A stretch of DNA of 64,000 bases from Takakia lepidozioides (Eukaryota > Plantae > Bryophyta): contig CM060733.1 of the NCBI GenBank assembly GCA_030704615.1, positions 12,462,001-12,526,000 of the forward strand, read 5' to 3'. Each line of letters begins with the position of its first letter. Position 1 is the stretch's first letter. The notes beneath the pieces are model-generated. The model was given only the letters and a program-made list of their open reading frames with translations. It was not told where the DNA came from and did no database searches. The position numbers and the translations under genes are program-made. Below, in pieces: positions 27,679 to 37,770 of this stretch.

Positions 27679-29030
27679 ATATGCGCGATTTGTGCACTCC
27701 AGTTATAGACCATGCATGATAGTTTAAGGTGGTAACACTCCCTTCGCATTCCCATTAAGATATCATGCTTGGACACTGGATTTTATGATCAATTATGGAG
27801 TGCTTTCCTTTCAGCACCCTTTATTCATTTGTTGTTGCAATTGGCTTTGGACCAACCCGTGCTGGTACCATTGCCATGGGTTCTGCCTGCAATGTTTTCT
27901 TGCCATGGATTCGGCACACGCCACGAAAGGCCATCCAGACCATCCTCTGGAAATGCTCCAATGTTGTTTCAAACATCTCCACATTGCAATGGATACAACA
28001 CTGACATTAGATGAGTGAAAGTGAGACTAGACCTCCAGCCAGCCGGCTTTCCCACATCAAATTGAAGGGGATCTGTAGATTATAGATAACGGCTGTTGCC
28101 TTCTCAATGTCTTTTCCAATCACCTCTGCAATGAACTGGGGTATAAGATCCTTCAAATCACAAGTTTGAGCATCACGCACAAGCCACTTACGGGGATAGA
28201 GTTTCCAATGCGAACCATTGGTCTTTTATTGATAGCATTGTTGTAAAATACTTGAACCAACATGGTCAATTTTGGAATGACATATAGTACGCTTTCATGT
28301 ACTATGTAAGCATGCAACTATGTACCAGTGACGTGGCTTGTTCGCCACTTAACCTGTTTGCCCATTCAGCCAGCTCCACATTGTCATGGATTTTGCATGC
28401 TGGATTGTGAGGCCATCCACACCGTCCTCTGGAAATGCTATCATGGGGTTTCAGCTATGTCCACATTTCCCTGGATTATGCCTGCACGAAGCAAGGCCAA
28501 CTGCATTCAGCACCCTCCACTTTATTATAGTATTGCAGCAACATTCAAAGCACTTCAATTTGTATCCATCGAAAACATCTAGGCTGGAAAAAGACATTGT
28601 TGCAGCAGAACTTAGGAAAGTACTTCTCCCCTTCCACTACACACGTGAAATGAAAGAAGCCAACCAACAGCATACCAGCCAAGAAAATATGAAACCAGCC
28701 AAGAAAAGAGCCAATATATGCAGTGAAGGTCGACACTAAATGAAACTTATCCAACACTTACATTAGAGGAGGGAAGCTAAGTCTTACCTCCATAAGCTTG
28801 CCCACATCAAATTTGGGAGCTTTCAGAATTTCTCCTTTCCGGTTGAATGAACTTGGCTACAAGATCCTTCAAATCGCAAGTTTGAGCTTCACACACAATG
28901 AACTTGCAGGGATTGAGCTTCCAATGCGAACCAGGAGTCTTATATTGATAGCATTGTTGTAAAACACATGGACCAACAATGACAGTCTCTGGAATGACAT
29001 ATAGTACAGTAATGACATATAGTACAGCAT

Positions 29031-29652
29031 GCCGCTTCCAGTTGACCATCTACCCATGTAGGTTTCTTGTACCTATCCTTCCACAGGGAATCATAGGTAA
29101 TGTGGAGCTTGAAATCCAGCCCTCTTGGATGAATCTGGACCCACACTCTATCCCTGCTCCTTCAGCTATCCATGCCTCTGACAGCCTACAATTCTACCAG
29201 CAAACACCCCAACCATACTGGTGTGGAGTTCTTCCCCAAAACACCCCAACCCTACTTATCACAATCTGAAATGCATCTGCTTCTCTCTGTAGTCCAACAG
29301 GCATTCGCCTTTTTGTCTCCATTGTCCCACCATTGGGGTCGGAAAGTGTTCACCCCAAAGCTTCTCCTCACCTCTATTATATGTTTTTGGATACTTCCCT
29401 GCTGCCACACTGGCAGTAACTTGCCAAAGTCACTCCAAACCACCACAGATGTACCCAACGACCTAACTTACAGAATTCAATATGCATCTTGCGGCCGAGT
29501 CTGATGAGAGGGCAACACAGGCTGAAATAGGTTGAAGAAGAAGGTGCCCTACCACATTGTCCTTGACCTGTCCTGACCCATGGAGGATTTGACCGATGAC
29601 CTCTTGTGTGTGCTGCTTGTGTCTGTAGTCAGGTAATGTCGGATTGGTCTGT
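29031..29652 (-). pseudogene. Degenerate OSB-type PDF-motif exons and introns captured inside the CACTA
   Basis: Nucleotide homology, including introns, to 41165-41917. Remnant peptides are TNPTLPDYRHK, EEKLWGEHF/QWWDNGDKK (frameshifted) and IHPRGLDFKLHITYDSLWKDRYKKPTWVDGQLEAA. Confidence 0.8.
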
Positions 29653-31044
29653 CAGATCGAACCACTACGGCGTAGATGAGTAGTCAGAGATTGAAACACG
29701 CTTGCTAAGACCAAGCTGACTCTCCCAAGAACGGCGAGCTCGCTTGTCCTCGTCTCGTCTCCTCCTCCTCTTCTCCTTCGTGCATCATTTGCTCAACGCC
29801 TCCATCCCACGCCCCTGCATATCCTGCTATCATCGCGTTCCATCCCTCAGCTATGTGGTGTGGCGCAGGAGACAAAAAGACGCCAAGTCCCAGCCCTCCT
29901 TTCTGTTCACGATTACACTAATGGGCAACCTTATTAGCAATTTTTTTAACTTTTTTTAACCTAATGGGCAACCTTATTTGCATTATATGTGCCTTCAAAA
30001 TGACACGTGTAGTGATGTAGTCGTATAAATAGAGCTCTGAAACCATCTTCAGTCATGGAGTCATAAGATTCCATGAAACGTCGTCCACGTGTAGTCAAAC
30101 ATATCACACTAGTCATACAAACCATCCCTGTCATCATGGTCAACAATGTTTGACCAATGCTCCCTAACTTTTCGGAGTCATGTAGTGATATCCATTACTA
30201 CAAAGTCATAAAACTAAAACTGTAATGCATTTCAGCGCTCTGTAGTCATGTACCTAGTGCAGTTTTTATGACTCCGCCAAACCCGTAGTCCTAAACGCTC
30301 ATCTCTTGTAGTGATAACGGGGGAGCAGAAGAGTAGGAGTAGGGGAGCGACGCAGTGGAAGCAAAGGGCTGGGAACATGGACCGTGGGACCGTGGACGCA
30401 ACAACGATGGGCCTCTCCGGCTAGCTCCGGGGATCGTACCGGCAAGGCTCGCACGCACATGCACTCAACTCCTATCCTATGTCTGGTGCAAAATGCGAGG
30501 TAAGGTAGTTATACCCAAATGTGAGCGTTTAAGCAGATATGCCCATACAATTGGTGCAGTAAGAGGAAAAATTATATGACTGGATTAGCAATTGAACAAA
30601 CAGCTTGTGGTATGAATTGCATGAATTTTGGACGAAGTGGCTAATTGATATATATTATCAAAGTGGCAGGGCACAAAAATGCTATGCCTGAGCTATAGAG
30701 GGTACCATAACTCACTGAAATATTATCTAATATGAAGCCTACATGTGACCTGATATGCACGAGATGTGCACTTGAAATGGCCCCCACACACCAACTACTA
30801 CACCGAATAACTCACCCAACAGCTCGGCCCACAAGAGCAAAAGGTATCCTATGGTGCAGTAGCGAAATAAAGGAGATCGGATGCACGAACTCCAGTAAGC
30901 CCTTGGGAAACCGTGAATGTGTGCCAAATGGTCAATCCTGCATATAAAGTGGACCCCACTCTCCTAGATTTGGATTCTTATTTAAGCACATAGTGATCCA
31001 AAGTGTGCCAAACTGCGTGCTTTTCCAGCCTGAAACCTCACCTC

Positions 31045-33492
31045 TCACTGCACTAATTTGGACCATCCAAGTGTCACAGGCCACGGCTCTCCACCTATTG
31101 TTCTCCGCCACCACCTTGATTCCTCCCGCCATCTCTGTCGCCTCCCAGCAACTCCTTCCCACCATGGCCCGCCATGACAACAACTCACTCTACAACAGGT
31201 GGTCCGAACCTGGTTGATGCGCCATGGCACTCCTACGACCTGCAGATGATTTGTGTCTTCCCCTCGGGCCTTTGCCCGACGTTTAGCAATAGCAATTTTT
31301 TGATTGTGTTTACAGATTGGTGGAGCCCACCCGCACAATGGGGCGATCCATGCATGCTTGGGGGAGGGGTTGTTTGCTTTGATTGCTGCATGCAAACATT
31401 CTCCTGCCTCGCTGTAGGCTCGTGCCGACCACTTGGCGTCGAAGGCCCTCCTGGCCAGTCGCTCTTGTGTTCGGGCCTTCTTGAGAGCATCTTTCTCGAT
31501 CTTCTCGGCTGCCCGCTTTGCTTTACCTTGCAGGGTCTCCTCTTTTTTCTGCTCACGAGCTTGGGTTGCTTCTTCTTTTAGTCTCACTTTTTGCTCTAGT
31601 GCTGCCAAGTATACATCAGATGTCATTATAATTGACTTGTTGTAGTCTATAATAGGTTCATCTCCTGATGCTCTTACCCTTCGATTGACTGCAGGAGCCT
31701 CTGGGAGCGTCAAGAATTGGGAGATTGATGAAGGGACCTCTCGCTGGCTGGGAACCATCTCCCAGTCTGCGTCATCATCGAGCTGCGCTAAGGACTCCTG
31801 GCTACTGCGAAAGTGTGGCTGGTTGTCATCGCCCCTTTCCTGGTCATTGCGCCTATCCTCATCTGGCTCTTCGACCACCACAAAGTAGTGGTGGTGATTC
31901 TCTTGTATGTTGGGCACATGGTTGCCCAACACCTCTTCCACATGAAGGGCAGAAAGTACGTCTTCTACCTCCCCCTCAGGTGTATCCTCGTCCATTGATT
32001 CTGGCCTGATCTCCTCGGCGTGCAGGTCTGGTGTCCCCGGCCCTGAGAAACATTCTGCCGGCCCCATCTTTCCTGCCATGGCTTCTGGATTTAGAGGCCA
32101 GATCCCAGAGATCTTGAATCCCTTGGCAATGTTGGTAGGGGTTAGTCCTTTTTTCAATGCAAAGGAGACCCATTGGGCCAGATCTTCTTTCAACGCTCCT
32201 CTTCCTTTATGTGCCATGGTCCAAACATCTCTATATTTCCTGAAGGCAGTCTTAAAGGGCTTGAACACTACCACATCAAGGGGCTGGAGTGCATGGGATG
32301 TGTGGGAAGGAAGTGTAATGACATCAAGTCCTACTGATCTTGCTTGCTTGACAACGTCTAGGGTGACGTGTGAGTTGTGACCATCCAGAATTAGCAAATG
32401 CCTGTTTGTGACGGTAATGTCATTGCCCATTGCCTTTGCTGATTCTAGAAAATGTGATATCCACTTGTGAAACAATATTGCAGTCATCCATGCTTTTCTT
32501 TGCATTGCCATTGTTGCTCCAGATTCACATTTGTGAATGTAATTGCGACGGAATCTTTTCCATTTGAATATGTAGAAGTTTGGGATGTAACTTCCTGCAG
32601 CATTCATGCAGGTGAGGACGCTCAGCCACTCCCTCTGATCTGGTGTTATAGAATGAACAGATCTGGATCCGGTCTTGGCCAGCACAACAGCACCTCCGTT
32701 TCGCCCAGCTTGGGCCCCGGACTCATCACAATTCCATATCCTTGTTGGCCCATAGTTGTGCTTCTCATACATCAGTTTCAGGTTAGCATAGAACGTCTTT
32801 ACGTTCTCTGGACATAGTCCCTTGGCCCTCCCAGTTTCTAGTCCTTGAGCTACTCTCAATGAAAGATGTGGATGTGGTGACCTGAACCATCTCACCCACC
32901 CCCAGCCCGGGATTCCATTTGTGAAAGGTGTGACTCTCTCTTGCGTAACTTCAGCCACCTTCAGACGTAGTTGAGTTAGTGTCAAGGGATGCCCGATATC
33001 TTGCATTTTTTCAATATACTGGACTAGTTCAGCTTCTTCCTTGGCGTTTAATGTCCCTTTGCTGCCTCTCTTCCTATTGGTAGTAACGCCATAAACGTGG
33101 TTTCTCAGACTTGTTGCAGGCACTTCAAACATCCTTGCTGCGGATCTGATGCTGTCTCCACGGTCAACGGCAGCCACGGCACCTCGCAACTGTTCATCAG
33201 TCCAGTTTCCATTCTTGAGAGGCCTCCTCCCTCTCCTTGGGCGGCCCCCACGCATAGCAGGTCCATCAGATCGGCCCCACTGGAAATTTTCAAAGCCATC
33301 ATCCTCACTTTGACCTCCATCATTTGCATGTTTATACCTTTCATTGTATCCGTCATCTGAGTCACTTGTGAATGGTTGGTTACTGATCTGCATTCCATCG
33401 CTATCATCAGCTACCTCGGTATCTGGCAACAATCGAAAAGCTTGGCTGGGCCTGAAATTCAAGTCCATTGCTGTTGCACACTCCTCACTCAT
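31045..33492 (-). CDS. pogo-like transposase (HTH-psq, CENP-B-type HTH, DDE_1), 815-aa open ORF
   Basis: NWTDEQLRGAVAAV...SIRSAARMFEVP, GWGWVRWF, IWNCDESG, LLILDGHNSH, LPSHTSHALQPLDVVVFKPFK. Confidence 0.9.
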   Translation of the reverse strand: MSEECATAMDLNFRPSQAFRLLPDTEVADDSDGMQISNQPFTSDSDDGYNERYKHANDGGQSEDDGFENFQWGRSDGPAMRGGRPRRGRRPLKNGNWTDEQLRGAVAAVDRGDSIRSAARMFEVPATSLRNHVYGVTTNRKRGSKGTLNAKEEAELVQYIEKMQDIGHPLTLTQLRLKVAEVTQERVTPFTNGIPGWGWVRWFRSPHPHLSLRVAQGLETGRAKGLCPENVKTFYANLKLMYEKHNYGPTRIWNCDESGAQAGRNGGAVVLAKTGSRSVHSITPDQREWLSVLTCMNAAGSYIPNFYIFKWKRFRRNYIHKCESGATMAMQRKAWMTAILFHKWISHFLESAKAMGNDITVTNRHLLILDGHNSHVTLDVVKQARSVGLDVITLPSHTSHALQPLDVVVFKPFKTAFRKYRDVWTMAHKGRGALKEDLAQWVSFALKKGLTPTNIAKGFKISGIWPLNPEAMAGKMGPAECFSGPGTPDLHAEEIRPESMDEDTPEGEVEDVLSALHVEEVLGNHVPNIQENHHHYFVVVEEPDEDRRNDQERGDDNQPHFRSSQESLAQLDDDADWEMVPSQREVPSSISQFLTLPEAPAVNRRVRASGDEPIIDYNKSIIMTSDVYLAALEQKVRLKEEATQAREQKKEETLQGKAKRAAEKIEKDALKKARTQERLARRAFDAKWSARAYSEAGECLHAAIKANNPSPKHAWIAPLCGWAPPICKHNQKIAIAKRRAKARGEDTNHLQVVGVPWRINQVRTTCCRVSCCHGGPWWEGVAGRRQRWREESRWWRRTIGGEPWPVTLGWSKLVQ

Positions 33493-33509
33493 GACTATAC
33501 ACTTAGTAA

Positions 33510-33730
33510 TAAACTAGATTAACTGAAGTGTAGACTAAGCCAATCTTCAAACTATGCTCCCTGCACATGAATTAGTAATAATGTACTAGATTAACTGAAG
33601 TGTAAACTAATGGGATTCCAATCTCCAAACTATGCTCCCTGCACATCAATCAATAGTAATGGACTGGATTAACTGAAGTGTAAATCAATGCTGAGCCAAT
33701 CTCCAAACTATGCTCCCTGCACATGAATGA
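33510..33730. repeat. Three ~75-bp tandem units upstream of the pogo transposase
   Basis: ACTAGATTAACTGAAGTGTA...CCAATCTCCAAACTATGCTCCCTGCACAT occurs three times. Confidence 0.85.
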
Positions 33731-34429
33731 GAACCTGTAGTTGCGAAGTTGTGTGCAATAGTCGTAATGAAGTTATACATGCAGCAGATTGAATGGAACC
33801 CTGTGAATTTGAAATTGAGCAGCCGCCAAGGCATTTAAAAAACAAATCAGAGCATATCTGATCAATCCTAAACCCCATGCAGAGTTAATTAGAATAACAA
33901 CGTGCGTACATTAGCACTCAGTTTTATTAATACGCCTCCATTTGGCAAATACGCTGGTCACAATATCCAGTGCGTTTTTGTTCACCTAACAAAGCATCAT
34001 GGGGCCCACAATGCCCATGAAGGAACCTAAATCAGCCCATTGGCAATATGGTCGCCGTTTAAGGGCAACGCAAAACCACTTTACACCCAAAAAATAGGGG
34101 TCCATTTTGAGACCTGCTCATATTTGGGTGTTTCTACCTTATACATCACAAATATTCACCAACAAAAAGTTAGTACGGCATGGCTTGTACTCATGTATTT
34201 CAAAGACTTGCAATATTCTTTCCCATGTGAGCACAGTTAAGTTCCACAGTAACATATGCTTGGATTATTCTAGGAATATGTAGGTGGTGCTCACATGAGG
34301 CAGCGTTAGCTTGCTTGCATGTTACCCAACGTTGGGGTTGACTTGTGTGAGCGCAAAACAAGCACAATCCTCGATTATTGACATAGCAAGGTTATGCCCT
34401 AATATTTTACTTATCTGTGAACTACCTCT

Positions 34430-34745
34430 TTCGTCAACAATACCATGAACAGGTCCATACCCCCTCCCTCACCATTCATATAATAGAATTTATATTTTGT
34501 CATGATAAATACCCTAACCAATCAATTATGTATAAACGTGAAAAATATGAACCGCTCATTTTAGCCCTTCGTCACCATGGATGGAGCACCGCCTCTTTGA
34601 TTATCATTATCGTTGGTATTAGAGGGGGAGCACATTGCCACAACACTCAAATTCTCAAAGAAAACCTCAAACTTTGGTTAAAATACACCACCCCACTCCT
34701 ACGCACCCTACACTTCACAGCTGCTATTACGACTTATAGCCTTAA
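34430..34745 (+). mobile_element. Fragment of a restriction-like endonuclease (RLE) non-LTR retrotransposon C-terminus
   Basis: Peptide TIHIIEFIFCHD...KREKYEPLILALRHHGW...IIIIVGIRGGAH resembles the PD-(D/E)xK RLE tail (IE...K..KY..L...GW....G.RG). Confidence 0.5.
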
Positions 34746-34884
34746 TCCTCCACAAAAGAAAGATTGAAAGTGGTCAGCTTGCCATTACATAACTGGTTTC
34801 TGGTTTTGATAGAGCCAACCTCTGAAATGGAGCAGTACCTCCAAAAAGAAGAGGCTCTTATTTACGCCAGCTCCGGCTGGTGTT

Positions 34885-35937
34885 ATATATATATATGAAG
34901 CGAGGTAGTTTGTTTGTTTGTTTGTTTTGTTTTGTAGCGTCGTTGAGATCTCCCAAACCGCGGGCCCCCAGCCCTGGTGCCGTTGGAAAGCCCTCGATGA
35001 GGAGGGGTACACCGGCTTGGTCTCATGATTTTTGGACTTGCGGTGTGGGAGATATGGAATTTCAAGTACTTTTGGTCGCTGGAAATTCGCAAAAAATAGC
35101 AAAATGGGCTTTCCTGGAGCAATGATTGGCCCTTCAAGTGGGAGTTAGGAATTTCAAGTGCTTTTGGTGGCTGGAAATTCGTGAAAAATAGCAAAGTGGG
35201 CTTGACAATGATTGGATATATCAACATATGAAGCCTCGATAGAAGACACACAACTTGGATACATAGGAGATTGCACTTGGGCTGGGATGACACTGGACAC
35301 TTAGGCCTCTACATGGGAGACGCACTTTGGATACATGAATAGAAGATTGCACTTGGGCTTAGGTGGGCCTCGACATAGGAGACACACTTGGATACATAGG
35401 AAATTGCACTTGGTCTTAGATCTCAATTCTTCACACATGGGCCAATGAAATAGGCTACACTAGAGGTCGCACTTGGGCCTGGGAGATGCACTGGAAATTG
35501 AACTTGGTCTTAGATTTCAATCCTTTACACATCGGCCAAAGGCACATGCTACCCTAGAGGTCGCACTTGGGTCTCGACGTCTCGACATAGGAGACGCACT
35601 GGGATACATAGGTAATTGCAATTGGTCTTAGATTTCAATTCTTCATGTATCAGCCAAAGGCACAGGCTACCCTAGAGGTCGCACTTGGGCCTTGACATAG
35701 TAGACGCACTGGGATACATACAAGATGTTACACTTGGGCTTAGATGACATTGGACACTTGGGCCAACGGTACGTGCTACCCTAAAGGTTGCATTTGGGCC
35801 TCGACATAGAAGACACACTTGGATGCCTAGGGGATTGCACTTGGACTTAGATGAGAAAGAGAGATATGACTCCGAAGCCCGCGTAACTAAGAGCCACTTC
35901 ACCTTGCGGCTACTGTCCCTTGCGGGGGTGGGCCCTA
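34885..35937 (+). mobile_element. Non-autonomous Helitron-like element with an internal degenerate tandem array
   Basis: Starts at a (TA)n run followed by a (TTTG)n tract. 35200-35850 is an array of GCACTTGG / CTCGACATAGGAGACACACTTGGATACATAGG units. The 3' end has a GC hairpin (CCCTTGCGGG) and CTAT, and is shared with 2180-2285. Confidence 0.45.
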
Positions 35938-36271
35938 TGAACTTAGATGACAATGGACACTTGGGCCAACGACACTACCATAGTATATATGAAAATACAA
36001 GTCATATGCGGATATAGGGTATTGCATTAAAACGCATGGTGACATTGTGTAAATAATGTATTTTATGTTCTTAGTTAAACAATTTAAAAAAAAAATACTT
36101 CGAATTGTTGAAAAGAAAAAAAAGTTAAAATATTAATACCCTCATACTGCCTTGATTCAATGATTAAAAATAAATATGTAATAGTTAAATAATAATTGTA
36201 ATATTATAATACTATAAACAACGCATTTCAACATTGAACGATCTGTAAGGATCACTCAAATATATCACACC

Positions 36272-36415
36272 ACTTGTCGGTAGCTTAGTTGGATAGAGCA
36301 CTCAGTTCCATCCATGTGATTCTGGGTTTAAATCCTGCTACTTTGTCAGGTGTGGTATAATTTCTCCCCCTCACCTTGGGTGTTGCCCCTGAGCACGGCG
36401 AGATTAAAATAAAAG
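36272..36415 (+). mobile_element. Degenerate tRNA-derived SINE
   Basis: GGTAGCTTAGTTGG...GATTCTGGGTTTAAATCCTGCTACTT parallels the head at 13585-13650. Confidence 0.5.
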
Positions 36416-37770
36416 AGTTTTTTTTTATTTTTTTCTCTTAACTTTTATTCTCTCTATTTTTCACCTCTCACTACAATTACGGGGCCTGATTAGTGAGCAG
36501 TCGCTAAGGGGTATTTATGTTCAAATGTATAGTGAGACATAGTATATATTGTGCCTATATCGCATCAAATTTATGGAGGAAAAAAAAACTGAAATTAGAA
36601 ATGGCACAAATTTCATCAGTTTTGCAATTAAGTTTCTAACGTGAGCGTGACACTTCCTCTTTATTCTCTGAATATTCTTTAATTATGTGGAACATCCTCT
36701 TCTACTGGAGTGAGCATACCCAACCTCGTCCATGACTAGGGCCCCTTCTACCTCAACACCTATCATTAGGCTGGCTTTCTATAAAGGCTCTCAAGGAGCC
36801 AGACAAGGGGTCTTTTTTCTGTCACTTCTTCTCGCAAGAAGAGACTTTTAAGGTATCTTGTAGGGAGGAGTAAGTTAGTGTTTTGGGTGAAAGGCTAGTG
36901 ATGAATTGAGAATCCAAGAGTTCTGGACCCGTTGATCCTGTCTGCATCCTAAACTTGCATGCCCTGCTGCGGAAACACACTTAGCACAAGAGTTGAGCAT
37001 CACTACAGGGCAGTATTTTTTTTTCACTTTTCCAAAGTAGCCACAAGGGCCACAATGTTTACTATAAAACTGTTTCATACATGCTCCCAAACCTGGTCTC
37101 AAACTGTAGCCAATTGTGTCCGAAGTGGGTGGAGTAGCTTGACTTACATATCCTAATGTTCGGTCTAGGTCTCTCTGCAGTTGGGTTGTCGGTTTGTAAC
37201 ATGGGATTGTTTTCCCCAACCTTGAACTCCAACTTGCACACACCAATGTTACAGTATTAGGGAGTTCATGCCGCATCAATCAATAACAGAATACCCAAAT
37301 AACATTACAATCACCATGCGAGCTTTCAAGTGGCCAATATGGAATTGGACCTTGGTGGGTTAAGGCTAGCTTTCGACAACATTCATCTGAAGCAGCACCA
37401 TGAGAACCATACAAACATGTCCACATCTAAAATGCTGAGCACAGGGCTGCCCCTCTAATCAAGCTCATTACGAATTGTAAGCACTTCAATCTTCACGCTT
37501 TGGGGAAGCTCCACCACCCACACCAGAATTCGGACAGCGCTCTGATTTCCTTCCAGAGTCGGTCAAAGTCCATCCTTCACTCACCACCTGCTCCAGTTAA
37601 ATGTAATTATGGGCTGACTTCCCGCCTATGCTGGGTAGACCCCACTATCATTCCCATGGATATGCCACAGGAAATGCCATCAACAGTACATTAATCGTCA
37701 ATATTCTCAGGAAATGGTGGGTGACCGGCGTAGCTACACAGATTCGCACCTTTCCAGAAAAAACATCGTT

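Larger units (their letters stand above)
17744..30313. mobile_element. Full-length CACTA (En/Spm) DNA transposon, ~12.6 kb
   Basis: TIRs CACTACAACAGATGAGCGTTT (17744) and AAACGCTCATCTCTTGTAGTG (ends 30313) match at 20/21 positions. A 3-bp TSD ATA sits at 17741-17743 and 30314-30316. The element has ATGACT-rich subterminal repeats and an internal Tnp2 transposase. Confidence 0.95.
17238..30487. mobile_element. MITE-like host element split by the CACTA insertion (pieces 17238-17743 and 30314-30487)
   Basis: Left end ACTAGATATAGGATGGGAGTTGAATGCA versus reverse complement of the right end ACCAGACATAGGATAGGAGTTGAGTGCA. The GGGGAGC-rich interior continues across the CACTA. Confidence 0.6.
30503..34139 (-). 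mobile_element. pogo/Fot1-like (Tc1/mariner superfamily) DNA transposon
   Basis: Imperfect TIRs AGGTAGTTATACCCAAATGTGAGC (30503) and GCTCATATTTGGGTGTTTCTACCT (ends 34139), each flanked by TA, enclose a transposase ORF. Confidence 0.8.

Noticed and set aside
35200-35850. CRISPR-like array
   Set aside because: These are degenerate tandem units without unique spacers, in a eukaryotic context with no cas genes.
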